Below the pieces are notes generated by a model. It saw nothing but the letters and a program-made list of their open reading frames with translations, was not told where the DNA came from and ran no database searches. Positions 24,234-37,852 of a stretch of 64,000 nt of DNA are shown piece by piece (the stretch's first letter is position 1; each line of letters begins with the position of its first letter). The position numbers and the translations under genes are program-made. This DNA is from Harriotta raleighana (lineage: Eukaryota), in contig JBNZDD010013714.1 in the NCBI GenBank assembly GCA_050575255.1, positions 5,275,254 through 5,339,253 on the forward strand, given 5' to 3'.

Positions 24234-26040
24234 TGTGAAAGCAGACCCAAATACAGCGGCCTATAATACAATTTGTCTCATATTACTGTATGATAAACTA
24301 TGATAAATTCAGTGCAGTAAAATCAGGGTAATAAGTAGGTTAAAATAAACAAGGAGAACGCATTACAGTTCTGCAAATTAAAGGCTGCTGAAGAGGTGGA
24401 TATATTGTGCATGGGTTGTAGCAGAACAGACACAAGGTCCGTCAGGTAAAGTCTGCTCTACTGTATTCTGATCTTTGATTAAACCCATATGAAGCGTGTT
24501 ATGACACTGCTGGCTAAATTCACAACAGACATCCTGTATGGGTATGAAAGAAATCCCTTACATGCTCTATTTAATATATGAACAGCACAGGTCATTTTCA
24601 ACTTCTCACAACATTTCTTTGTGTAAGCTTACAAGAAATAATAAAATCATAGGTAATATTGCACTTCACCTGCTAGGCCTATTGTGTTGTCACACAGGCA
24701 GGATTTTAAAGATATTTGATGGGTTTTTGAGGATTAAATGGACCATTGTGTATAGACTACCTATCAAGGGACCCATGCAATATGGAATACAACCAACAAA
24801 TGCCAAGTTATTTAATCAAAGGTAAGTTGCAGTGACTGCATCATAAATTGAACCTTTTCTCCATAGTTTCAGACTGCAAAGTGCTTTATTTGACATTCCA
24901 AACCATGATGCGATTTTAAAAGAATATTTAGCAACAGCTTTTATGCTTTGACATCCAGCAACTTGATCTCCATTCATACATGGTAGTGAACAGCTGTTTA
25001 TCCCTCAGGTTTAGTTATGTTATATAAACACAATTTTCAGTAGTGTGATTCAAAACCTAGCCAAAATAAAAAGGCTACAAGCCTCTTAAGACTTCTTAAG
25101 CTCATTTGTATGGGTATAATAGCGACACCTTGTGCTGCTAGGAATGAGGGTCTCGCTCATATACTTAAAGATACAAAAGAAAAAGTGGCTTGGCACCCGC
25201 TGATGTGTGGGTGATTGAGAGGTTACCCTTTCCAGTAGATTTACCCTCAGAGCAGGCTACTCCTTTAGCCTGACATCAATTATGTCAAGGCAGGAGTGGG
25301 CTTTGCATACACACCAGATTATATGAAGTGTAAAACATTAGCAAAAAAATGCTTTTCAAGAGGAACGAAAGAAATTACACTTGCAAAAGGAACCAGCTGA
25401 CAGTCTAGTCCTTAACAAGTGAATATGCTTGAAACCACTGTGAATGCAAGAGCAGAGAGTGTCTTTTGTTTCTTTTCCTTGGAGTGTCCTTAACCCAACA
25501 GTTGCCTGCACGACTGAACATATGTTTTTGCAGAAGTATTGAGGCAGAAAGGAAGTCTTTGTTGTATTTCAGTCTTTTGTATTTAATTCTCTTCTCCTTC
25601 GGTCAGATCCTGACACAAGTTACAGCAAGCACTTATAGTCCTTAATGAATGCTGAAGAGGTCCGTCTGTTACATGCTTCAATAATGATTTAGAATTACAG
25701 AAGAAAATCAGTGTACAAAAGCACACAAACAAATGTATTTAATTGTTCCATTGGTGTACACCTTATAATACAGCACTAAAGTCAAATGCCATTGAGAGGA
25801 CAGAAAAAGAGCATTTTAGAATGTGACCATTCTCAGGAATGGCTTAAAGTCTTGTAACTTTTTTTCCCTTTAGTCCTGTGATAACAATGTGGTGTATGGT
25901 TACTAAGATTTACAAAGCGCCAGTAAAAAAAACACAATCACTAGGTTAAAAAAAATATTAATAGCCAAGAGGGCGGAGGAATGGAAAGAAAGGAAAAAAG
26001 AAAGAAAGAGCGAAGTGATTTCTAAAGTGACGGAGGGGGA

Positions 26041-26056
26041 GGGTCAGTAAAGGTCA
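26041..26056 (+). promoter_or_regulatory. Perfect DR4 nuclear receptor element (TR/LXR type)
   Basis: GGGTCA-gtaa-AGGTCA; motif match only. Confidence 0.4.
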
Positions 26057-27394
26057 AAGGAGCAAAACCTAAAAAAAATTGTCCATTGTTAAATGAATAA
26101 ACCAGTTTGTGGTTGGATGCACAAAGCTAAAGCTAAACCACTGTGGTGTGGAGAGAGAAATGTGCTCACATTGTGACACTTTTACAATAAGTTATTTAGG
26201 CTTAGAGAGTTTTTGCCGAGCACCCTCCATGCATTCAACTTCTGTACACATTAACAAAAACAAAAGGAGGCGATTTAAATTGTAACTATGCGCCGGGGTT
26301 ATGCATGTGACCTCGAAAGGATAGTCCACTTGTACTCAGCAGATAGCGTTTTGACAGTGTAAACAAGAATTACCGGCGTCAGTGAAAAGGAAGGTAATTA
26401 AAAACAATCGAGGATGCATGTTCTACAGCTATCCAAGTCTCTGCTCAATCTGACCTTTCAGTGGAAGTTGATAAGAAAAATGAGTTAGGTACAGGGAAAG
26501 AAACTGCTAAGTAAACCTCTCAGATGCTGGCAAGGTTTCTGAAAAACCACAACTTTCCTGTCTTTTGATCACCCACATGATCACCAAAGCTTCGTATTAG
26601 GCATTGAAAGCTGCTCTCGAGTATTTACATATATATATATATTTTGAAAGTCTCTGATGCAAGCTGCTGAATATTTTTACCCCCACCCCCCACCACCACC
26701 TCAACCCCACCCTTTTGCATTCCATTACTTGGAGGGAGAACAAGTGTTATAAAAAGAAACGGGCTTCTGCCACGTGGACCTGCTGTCATTCCTAACCACA
26801 AGAGCAATGCAAACTTTAAAGTGCAAACACGGCTTTATACCAAATGAGAGATTGATTAAGCTCTTTAGAAGTTTAAAGAATTAAGCGGTAAAAAACTATT
26901 GGAGAGATGGATGAGAAAGACCAAAAGGCTTTCAGACAGCTTTAACACTGCATCTGTTAAGAGAAAAAAAATAAAACCTGCAACTGAACAGCCTTAAAAG
27001 GTAAATAACTCACCTCCTAGCCCCTCATTCCACATTCTATGAATTAAGTTATCTTCCACAGAATGTCGGATTCCCCAGTTACCCACTGTACGTGGAAGAT
27101 AACATATAAGGAAGAAATTAAAATGTAGCACTGTTCATCTAGAGGAGGGCAAATGATTGTATACTAATCTTGTTTCAGGAATACAAATATATTAGTAACC
27201 AAATTTATTTAGTACGCATTGTGGTTTTCTCCTTTTATAATGAAATTAATATGACAAATGGATGCCACCACCTTTACTGTCTCCATTGGGTACAACTTGG
27301 ACCTACCTAAAGTGGACTATAAAAATACTTTACTCTGATACTCTGCTATTCGCTTTGCTTTACACTTTACTCTAAGCTAAATCATATATAGCAC

Positions 27395-27600
27395 ATTGTT
27401 TTTGGGACACTGCTGTGTGCAATTTGGCTGCCGTGTTTGCTTACAAATACACAGTTACTGCACATTACCCGTAAATCCTGAAGTGCTTTGAGACGTCCTC
27501 CCGACATGAAAGACGCTATGTTAAATGTAAGGACTATTCTTATAAATGCTTTCAGATGTTCTGACGACACGGTATATCAAGTGCAAGTATTATTATTACT
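27395..27600 (+). mobile_element. SINE 3' half with duplicated tail end
   Basis: gggacactgctgtgtgcaatttggctgccgtgtttgc...gctttgagacgtcctcccgacatgaaagacgcta...(att)n. Confidence 0.85.
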
Positions 27601-30600
27601 TTAGAATTGTGTTTTGAATTTAATTGGCAAAATGTTGTAATTATCTCAATTTGAAACAGCAGCTCTCGCAGAGTTAAAGTGCCGCTAAGGAGCCAAACTA
27701 CATTCATCACGGGGTTTGAATGAGACGTATTCAATGCAGCGTTACTGGAGCCTGCAGGGGTTGGACGCGGGGCGATAGGATACAATCCCCTCGCAGGCTG
27801 ACTTCCTAATCACAGTCACAGTGGCGAGCAGAGGCCGTGCACCTCCCCGCATGGAAGGAGAGCATAATGGAGATGGAGTCACCCTGGCCAGTATCACGTG
27901 AGCCAACTGGGAGACGTTTGGCTGTCTGCCCTCGTGGGGGCAGATGGTGCAGGTACTGCCATTAAAAAGGGAGCAAATGTACAAATGTCTCCATATGATA
28001 TATGCTCTCAAACTGCCTCATATCCGCCGTTTGAAGACAATGGAGTTACTGATAAATACCGGAATAGGAATAGGCGATAAATATTATGAATACCTTTCCT
28101 CTTTGATTCAGTTGTCACGCAATCGATTGCCCCTGTTTTATGATCTGGAATTGAATTCCACGTAAAGAATTGGTTTGGGGAAGTGGTTCCAGTGTGTTCC
28201 TTGCTGCAGCACTCAAACGGTCACCGAAGTGGACCACAGAACAATTCTAGATTTATACGCTCTAGTGTATCCAGAGCAATATCTTCACTTGAAGCGCCGC
28301 TGACACTAAAAATGCCATTAGGGCACATAGGACGCACTCTGCCTCACTGAATTCTAAAATGCTCACACGCTTTTTGCATTATGTGCTGCACATAGGCTCA
28401 CTTCTGGCTGAACAGAGGGAGCAATTTTAAGTAAGGCTGCTTGAATTTCTTCTCAATCCTCCCAGGCTCCTAAAGCATGTGAAAGCAGCTCGCTATTCAT
28501 TCTCGGCAGCAGAGTGTTAAACTGCAGCTCCGCAGTGAAGTACTACCAATAAATTTACCACTTGGAATGAATCAAACTTTGCATTTCTCCTCAAGTAGCA
28601 AGAAATGTGGGGTGGTGGGAGTAGAACGAGAATTCAATGCAGTCACTTTGGCCATATTTAATAGTCGAGGCACAGTGTCAGTATCAATGTTAAAAATCAA
28701 GCAATTAGGAAGAATTATGTTTTTCTTTAAATATATCCTTTTGGAATTGTTTTCTATCAGCTTGGTTCAGTGGCCTCATTTACGTGTGAGCTTTGATAGT
28801 GAATTTGAGCAGGAGACCATTGCAGTCAAGCTTATTCTGTCCTTAACCAACATCCACCTTAACTGGGAAGGGAATCCCTCAACTAAGCTAATCAATTTTT
28901 AGCATTTTTTAATTATTATTTGGTGCATTAATTTATTTTAATATTCACTTACAATGTACTCAGTATCTTCAAGTTACTATTACATCCTGTAAAGCACTTT
29001 TAAGTTATCCTCCTGGCTAAAAGGCACAGTAACAAATGCAAGTATTATTATAATTATTATCATCATCATTATATACATTTCCCCCTCTCCTTCCTCTCCA
29101 AAAGGTTATTTTTCTTTCTACTGGAAGGACAGTTTCACAGATTGAAAGATCAGATTACTGTATTCAGCATGGTCTGTGGATTGAACCTGGGACCTTCCCT
29201 TAAGCAAAGTGCTGGATAAACTTACTGAGTTATTTGAGTTTAATAGTTTTTTCAACTGTAAGAGCTGATGGTGAAATCAGAGCGGCTCTAAGTTTTACTT
29301 ACTGAAAAAAAAGTCAAAAGAAAAATAATCTTTACATTAACCCCAGAAGCTTCTCGGAGATTTTACTTGATGTAAATTCTGGCCTTTGAGACAGCTATAG
29401 CTTCTGTAACCCAGAATTCAGATGATATAATGAGTACAAAAGAATCAATAAATACACAATGAAAAGCAAAAGTATGTTACATTTCACCTTTTTAAAAAAA
29501 ATTATATTTGTTTCAAAAAAGGGGCGGCATAGATAAGGAAACTCACCTTTTTTAAGACTTTATATCTGAGAATAATGATTTCATGTGGTAATTAAAATGA
29601 TGTTTGTTTTGTTGTTTGACAAGGATTCTCTTTTGGCCAACCTAAATGGAATGCACCTGCTTCTAGCCACTATACTGGAGCGGTTAATGCAGATACAAAG
29701 TCTGAAAGTCGGACAGCCAAAGAAGACTGTGGAACAATGGATCATGCAGAGAAGCCAAGGAATTCCACCCGAACCCATTATTCATTGACCAGCTCGTCAC
29801 CTAAAATCGCTCACATTTTTGTTGAATGATAAGCATCAAGCTCCTATGTAGTCATTTACGACAATGTCTTCAAGGCTTGACATTTCCTGTTCCCAGCTTT
29901 TGCTTTGCTTATTCATATCTCCAGCAGCTTCTTTTTTTTATCTAGGCTCATCATCAGAGAGGCACAGGGCACGTTATATCCCTTCTACCAGGAGAGAAAA
30001 ATTGGCTTGAAAATTGGCTCTGATTCTGATCTCATTGTTAGCCTTTGTTGTGGTCTAAAGTCAGTGATTACACCATTAGAGGGGATGTGTGTGTTTGAAA
30101 AGCCAACGCAAATCTGCTTAATTTAATACTGATAATGACAACATTATTGTTTCTATTCAAATGCAGTGCAATTTATCTCTTTAGCTTAAACTAATGATTC
30201 TGCATTCTGAAAATCCCTTGAAAAATCAAAGAGCAATTCCCTTTCAACATCCTAGGGAAGGGATAACAGAGAAAAGCATTAGTGCTAAAACTTAAATGGC
30301 AACAAGAAAACCCTTATCTGTTCTTCCGCTAGTACAGGGTACTGCTTTGTGTCTGCAAAGGATTTCTGGCACAGTGGGAAAACCCTGGTCAATCTCATAT
30401 TCTTCCTTGGGACCTGTCCAAAGTGCCAACAGCAGCTAGGCAGGATATTAATACACTCTCCACCATCAAAATCTGTCACATATGTAAAGACTAAGAGCCA
30501 TTTTAATCACCTTTAGCTCTTTCCCTAACAAGCTCAGTAGCAGTGAGCAGCCCCCAAAACACACTTCCTAAATTATATTCGCCTCAGTTTGGCAAGTAAA

Positions 30601-32274
30601 CTCTGTTTCAAAGTCAAAAGCAGATAATCTCGATTGTTCTGAGGATTCCAGATTCTGTGTGACCTCAGAATATGGCTATTAACTGGAGAATTAAACAAAA
30701 AGAAGTCAGCGTATGCAACGGATTGCTCTGATGCCTTTGCAGATAATGTCATCAATGTATTCTCAGTAGGACTGTATTCAACACCTCTGTCTCGAGGTCC
30801 AAAGCTTCAGACTGCTGCCGTTTAAAGAAACAAGCAGTTACTTTTCCTGTCTGAAGCGCAAGACGTGTTTCGCTGCTCTTGGACAAGCACCTTCACTCCT
30901 TCATTTTACCCTGATCGATCAAAGAAATGTAGCGCTGAGAAAGATATTTCTGATCGCTGAACACTTTTGCCCGACTCTTAGTCAGAAATTGAACAAATGT
31001 TAACTCCTTTGCAATGGTTTGCAAAGAAGTTGCCATCACAAATATGGAAGCGCTAATCGTATGTCAAAATACCCAAATAAAGCTTGATGTTAAAAAAAAT
31101 CATTATTGTTAAAATAGAAGATGAAATCACAGCATTTCATTCTTTGCTCTTATGAATAAATGCTATCAGAGCTACTGTTACAAACTGTTAAGACAGCAAG
31201 GTGCTTGACATATTAAATATTTAAATATGTTTCAATTAATTTGTTTTGCTAAATTTGTTCACATTTCAAACATGTAAAATATTTAAGTTGGAATTCATTA
31301 TAATTCTCTTTTACAGACATGAAGGTTGTTTTTAGGTTAAGTCTGCAGATTTTTATCCATTTTGTAGCTGATATGAATTTTAGTTGCCTTATGTTTGCAT
31401 GATTTCAGACCTTAGGAGACTGGGCTGCTATCCTATGCATCTAGGAACAGCCAGAGCAAGTCTCAATCATCTCACAAGAGATTCCTGCTTTTTATGTTGC
31501 CTCTTTTACTCAGAAAGCAAAGCTTGTATGGGTTCTTTTGAAAGGTAACTGTATCTTTGAATGGTGTTGACGGCTATCTTAATCTCCCACCTGATAATGC
31601 TTCAATCTCAGATGCCTTTTATGAAATACAAACATTTACTTAACCTTCATCTTTCAGTAAATGCATCATTCATCTAATAGCTTCATCATTTCATAGGCTA
31701 ATATTTTGCAAAAATGCTTGATGTTTTATCTGGATGTCATTTTAATGGAAGGTTCAACATTTACATCACAACAGTGAAAACTGTGGGGAAAACTGTCCAC
31801 AGGGAGATAAAATGCCAAGAATAAATAGTGCCATTAGAATATGGTAAATACAAAAGATCTACATTTCACCTCGCCTTCAATAGCCTCGATAACCTGAAAT
31901 TAAAAATTTACAAATAATTTTATCCATTGTCAAATAAATGCGTGTACAACTTTCAATGTACATATTATGGAGGAAGAAAAATTATCAAATTTACAACTGA
32001 ACAAATAGCTTTCAAACTGTTTCTATATACTGTAATACTCAGTATGCTTGTGTAACTAAACTCCTAAGTGCAATATTTTATGTATTATGATTATAACAAA
32101 TGTTCCAAAGTTCATGAGTACTCATGATCTCCTATGGATGGACTCACACAAAAACACTCAAAATAGTTAAAATAATCTGCTTTTGGCTTGTCTAATTTGA
32201 AATCAATTCAGAAATAAAATTCTGAATTACACTGATGACCTCCTCAGTCCTCTTTTGAATAAAAAGCTAAAGAT

Positions 32275-32620
32275 TATTAATAATAATAATAATCCTTGCG
32301 TTTGATATACAGTAGATCCATCTTAGTGTGTTTTGTAGGGGAATGTGGCTGCCTAAATTCCAGTAATATCCCAGAAAACAGCCATGAAGTAAATGACCAA
32401 TTCTATCTATCCTCAGCGGCTTTGGTAAGGGAGGGGAAAATAATACTTTATTTCAGAGAATCCTGCTTTAAAGTAAGCTTAAATGGACAGGAATGGACTC
32501 AGTTATAAGCCTTCCCGTGAACAGCAGGCCAACGTTCACTGTCAAATCACACACATGAATAATGGTGGATTGACCGAGGTCCTCAAAGGTGTCTGGCAAC
32601 AGTGGATCCACACCCCGTGA
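32275..32620. mobile_element. SINE tail (minus, 32275-32470) adjoining AmnSINE2-like fragment (plus, 32490-32620)
   Basis: (aat)n ccttgcgtttgatatac; ccaacgttcactgtcaaatcacacacatgaataatgg. Confidence 0.6.
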
Positions 32621-33199
32621 GGAGGAGAAAGGAAACAAAACATATTCAAGAAAGGAGAAGAAATCTGGTGAAAAGTTGATAAGAAAAAATCTTGTTGAAA
32701 AGAATGCAGAGTGTACTGTAAAGCACAGTTGCCATTGTTTCTTCAAACTGTGCACAAAATTCATGCTGGAGCCCCAAGAGTGTATTACTATTGAAATTCA
32801 AAGAGCTTTTAGGAAGCACATTGGGGATATTTATTGGTACTTTATTTAAACTGATATTCTGAAATGTGTTTCAAATTCGCCAATACATTTGAAAGTGTCA
32901 TTACCCCAGGAGTTCCCAAGGAACATTTTTGCACCATTATGAGAGTAGGGACAGATGCTTAGCCCCAGAACAATGTTGAAGTTCATGATAATATCTGGGA
33001 TTGAAGCTCGCCAAATACAACACAATTCCCTTTTTATTATTATTGCTACTTTCTTCCGACGAGAGATAAAAACCAGGTGCCATTTGCCTGTCTAAGTGGA
33101 TGTTAAAGATATCACAGCATTCCTCAAACAGAGAAGGGAGTTTCTCCCGGTGGCTTGGACCAACAATCGCCCAGATACAATTGATTATTCACTTCATAT

Positions 33200-33342
33200 A
33201 TGTTTGTGGGAGATTAGCGTGCAAACTGCCTGCTGCATTTGCCTACAAATACATGGTCACTAGACTTTCCAGGAAATTCCTGTGAAGCGCTTTGAGACAT
33301 CTCGATGACATGTTAAGTAGCTATATCAAATGCAAGCATTGT
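33200..33342 (+). mobile_element. SINE 3' half
   Basis: tgtttgtgggag...ctgtgaagcgctttgagacatctcgatgac...ctatatcaaatgcaag. Confidence 0.85.
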
Positions 33343-35719
33343 GATCAAATGCAGGTTTGTTTTTTTTCCAGAATTTTTTTTTCAAAAATTCAGAACTCAA
33401 AGGGTCAGAGAGAGGTAGAGAATTGTTATACTGCACTTCCTGGTACTTCCATCCAGCATTCCATATGAAATTACTGTTCACATCTGAAGGACTTTCTGTA
33501 AAATACAATGTCAATGCTGGAAAGCAATTTCCTACAAGCATATAAATAAGATGGCAGCTGCATTTATGCTGTAAAACCTCGCTCTTATCTAGCTCTTTTG
33601 TACAACAACCCCTTTATTATTGTAGACTTACTGTACGCTTTCTATTCAACTCTACATTGTCGATCGTGTTTTAAGGCATCAATATCTCGATTGCACACAA
33701 ATACAGTTAGGTAAGATGGTCACCAATTTGAGATTAACAATACACATTTATATCTCACATCAATTCTAGTCAAATAATGGAGGTGGAGTTGATTCCTCTT
33801 CACTCACAATATTTCAAAAGCCCTTGCTTTCTTACATCCGTTTTTTAAAAAAATGTAACGTCCCTTTTCAGTTTCAGATGCTTTTTAAAAAGCATCAACC
33901 GTATGAGCTGCAACTGTTTAATATTGTACATTTTGACCAATAAAGGCCAGCTGCCACAATTCTGCTGTTGGATATGATAATAAGGGGCTTCGCTGCACAG
34001 CCCTGACTTTCCCCAAGTAACCTGCAATACCGGATACAATTGTAAGGAGGCCGCGATGTGTGAAACAGAACTGTGTAAATTTGATTGATGATGGTTTTAA
34101 AAATTCAGCAAATGTAGGTCAGGAAAAGGGACACTGAACTTTTAAACCTTTCTGTAGTACAGAAAGAAGAAAAGCATGTAAAGCAGCATGTGGCTATCAT
34201 ACAGCAGCTCACTGGATTAGCATAATGGATGCTCCTAACTAACGCACGGGTGAAAGAGCCAAATCCAATGTACAACACCATATGAAAAGCATACTTTTGT
34301 TCAAATTTGCCATTTTAAAGCCCAAGCATCATCTCAGGGGTAGTTAAGGGGATTGGCGATGTGGGGAGGGAGGCGCAGGTTGGGAATGGAGGAGGTGTGT
34401 GTGCAATTGTCGCTGGAACAAGCAAGTGTGGTCATTAACACTGTCACTCAACAGTCAACACATCACCTTGTTTATCAATCCAATATTTGTGCTTTTAAGG
34501 AGGAAGGGTAGGTTCTCATCTATAGTAACCCCTTTTTAACAAAAATGGCAAAGAATCGTCCTTATTGCTAATGCTTTTTTATAAAAAAAAGTTTTTTTTT
34601 CTTTAAACAATAATTGTTAAGAAGCTCATCAAAGCGACTGGCTCCGATACACTATATGAGGGAGGGAGCTAAATCAATAACAGCCAAGATGGTGATTAAG
34701 CCAGAATGCTTGAGCTGTCGCGTCATTTCAGCTGTGTATATTAATTCGACTCCCTCGCACTGTTGGGTCGAGGAACTCCTCCTAGACAATTGATCCAATG
34801 ATATCGTCAACATTCTTAAAAAAAAATTACTTAAGAGAAACAAAAATTGAATGCAAGTTAATGATACCTTTTTTTGCTGTCAGAACAGGGGCACAGATGC
34901 TAACACTCATTAACCAAAGAAGCAGATGAGGCTGGGCATTTAATCTGAGCATGATGTAGTAGGCTTCGTTGAAAGAGCATAATATAAAAATCTCTAAATT
35001 AAAAAAAGGCATATAGAGTCACATACTGCACTGAGATATGGGCCACTTCAGTGCAGCTCAATATTGCTTCCAGTATATACAGTAGCTAACAAAACTTTGT
35101 ACAAATCAGTAGCCACCTGCAAAACAGTTAATTAACTATCCAGCCTTTCCTGTATAACTGTTGTCCAATTTAATAGAGAAGAGATATGATTGTCCGAAGG
35201 AAAAGGAAGGAATTGTTTAAGCCAGGCAATTCAATAACGACCTGGCTACCTTCATTATCAGTCTTGAAGACCCCAGGCAAAGACCTGTTTTATGAACTCT
35301 GTGTTAGGAAAATTACTACAGAATTACTTGAAAACTTGTAGAAAATGTGATTTTATTTTTTACATCTATGACAGTAATGCAGAATTAGCAGTGAAAATGC
35401 TATTAATAATAGGACTTAAATGGTTTAAAATGAGTGCTTTAGGCCAAACTAATATTGTCTTCGTGGTTTATAAAGTAACCAGAACTCAAGCAGGCACAAA
35501 GCGAATGTGTGCAAACAGAAATTAAAATATCTACATTCAGCCAAAGATTGCCACTAATTATCTAAATTAAGTGGAGCCTTTTTCAAACTCAGAGTGCAGA
35601 TAGCATCAATAAGCTTCTACACAATAAGTTCTTTCAGGGATCTGGGTGTTTTCTTCCTTTGCTGGTGCGACTGGCTATCAAGGGGGCACCAACTCCTAGG
35701 TTTCTTCCTTTTCTGAACT

Positions 35720-35812
35720 TGTGCGCAGTCAATTCAATTTACAGTATATTCTATGAATCGTTTCACGATGTCTCAACAATGTGATAAATGGAAGGATTAT
35801 TATTATTATTAA
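35720..35812 (+). mobile_element. SINE tail
   Basis: agtcaattcaatttacagtatattctatgaatcg...ggattattattattatt. Confidence 0.78.
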
Positions 35813-36129
35813 TGAGTCAGCTATTTGAAGGGCACTCAACAGGAAACTGGACATATCTCCACTCTCAGATTCTTTCCTATACTCCCACTCATCTTTCTGC
35901 AAATAAGTTGAATACCTTCCCACTTCAGGGATCAGCTCAGCAGAGAGGGTGATCAAATCTGTAAACTTACTTCCATGTCATCACGACACAGTGCTCCCAT
36001 TCTATGACTCCACTGCTTCTTAACTCCCATAAGCGAGTGTATATGATTTATTTCTGTTCTCAGCAACAGAACGTGTCAATTAAAATTTCTAAACTTATAG
36101 AATAGTACAGTATTTCCAAACAAAACAAT

Positions 36130-36400
36130 ACAACAATGGCTTGCATTTTACAGCAACCTTCACATAGAATAACTGAAGGGGTGGGGGATGAAGAGAAAGA
36201 GTATGTGGGGACCATATATTGAAGAGGTAGATTTTTGGACCAGGACTTGGAAGACAGGCAGAGAAGAGACAGGGGAGACAAGGGAGGGAGTTCCAGAGGT
36301 GAGGAAAGTTGAATCAGAAAGTTCAGGTATCACTGGTGGAGTAGGAAGGGTAGGCGAAGCATAGGATGCCTGAATTAGTTGAGCTGAGGGGGCAAAAATG
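36130..36400 (-). mobile_element. L2-type LINE 3' end fossil
   Basis: gaagaggtagatttttggaccaggacttgg...gggagggagttccagag (reverse of LWNSLP..SKS..K..LF). Confidence 0.55.
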
Positions 36401-36536
36401 TGGACATCAAAGAGATTTGGAAGTGCTAAGAGTGTGACGCTTACAGGTGAGGCATATTATACTATACATTAGCACCTATGCACAATGGTATATATAGAAT
36501 TCTCAATGAGGCATTAGGCATACCCTGATGATATTA

Positions 36537-37189
36537 CAGTAAAACCCCGTTTATCCGGCACCCACGGGACCTGGTCACTGGTGGTTAAACAGTTTTCCAG
36601 TTGAATGTTTTTTAAATATACATATTTTTTTAATTAAAAATTATTAACACATACCATATTAATAATAGACTAAATAATAACAGATTATAACAATATTGTT
36701 TGGGTATTTTATTGTAAATGTTGTACACTGTACCATATAAATAATAGAGTAAATACAGTAATAATAGATAGAATAATAACAGAATATTGTATGGTTACTT
36801 TATTGTAAATGTTGAACAATACTATATAAATAATAGACTAAATACACTAAAAACAGATACTATAATAACAGAATATAGTATTAGTACTTTATTATTTATA
36901 CTTAACTTCGCAATGGCGGCCCGGATGGAGGAAAACAAAACAGCAGCGCAACTTTTTTAAAAAAACAGCAGTATCGCGACTTTTAAAAGAAGCAGGAGTG
37001 AGTTTAGACTCGACTAGCGGCCAGCTGAAATACCTGCACCAGTACTTGCGTGCGACAATCGATTCATTAAATGTGTCATCACTATTCTGCCAGATAATTT
37101 CCGGTTTATTGAATCGGGACTTTTTTTTCGAGGTTCCAGCTTAACGGGGTTTCTGGTTCATCGAGTCATGGATAAACGGGGTTTTACTG
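36537..37189. mobile_element. Non-autonomous Tc1/mariner-superfamily (Tigger/pogo-like) DNA transposon, 653 bp
   Basis: Perfect 20-bp TIRs CAGTAAAACCCCGTTTATCC / GGATAAACGGGGTTTTACTG, flanked by TA on both sides; no transposase ORF. Confidence 0.93.
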
Positions 37190-37264
37190 TATTATGAAAT
37201 CAGTCCAGTATTTACTAAGGTGGGTTCATTGGTTAGAATTACCCTTCCATGAACATATATAAAC

Positions 37265-37412
37265 GTCTTTTTGTGGGATACTGTTGTGCGCAATTGGCTG
37301 CAGAATTTCGTCCACAAATACATAGTCAACCATTTTTCAACAAACTCCATGAAGTGCTTTGAAACATCTTGTGATAAGAAGCTATATCAAATGCAAGAAG
37401 GATTAAGGATTA
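37265..37412 (+). mobile_element. SINE 3' half
   Basis: ttgtgggatactgttgtgcgcaattggctgcag...gtgctttgaaacatct..gctatatcaaatgcaag. Confidence 0.83.
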
Positions 37413-37836
37413 TAAAATGTACGAAGAGCAAAATAATAATAGAATAAGAAACTTGAATAGTTTTCAAATGTTACCAGTTAACAAGTCACTCTCACCCTGG
37501 ACTGACTGTGGCTATTTATAGCACTTTGTGGAGATGAAGCAAGTCTTTTCAGAATAAAGTCAGGTTCATTGCCATCTTTGCAAATTAACTTGACTAAAAG
37601 AAACAATAATAATCCTTGTAATTGAATAGTTTTAAATGAAGTGGGGATGGGGAGACAGAACATTGCAAAGATGGACATGGAAATTTCAGCTCAATGTTAC
37701 GGTTTGGTTTATTGCACAGCAATGGAATGTGATTAAGGAAATTTACAAATGATAGGTCACAGTGTCTTCCTGTTGAATGGCATGATCTGCTTCCCAGCTA
37801 TCCAACTGCCGTGGCTGCTGTGCACTGCTAGTGCAA

Positions 37837-37852
37837 TAGTGCCCCCTGCTGT
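37837..37852 (-). promoter_or_regulatory. CTCF-like core motif
   Basis: Minus strand ACAGCAGGGGGCACTA, one mismatch to CCAGCAGGGGGCRCT. Confidence 0.5.
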
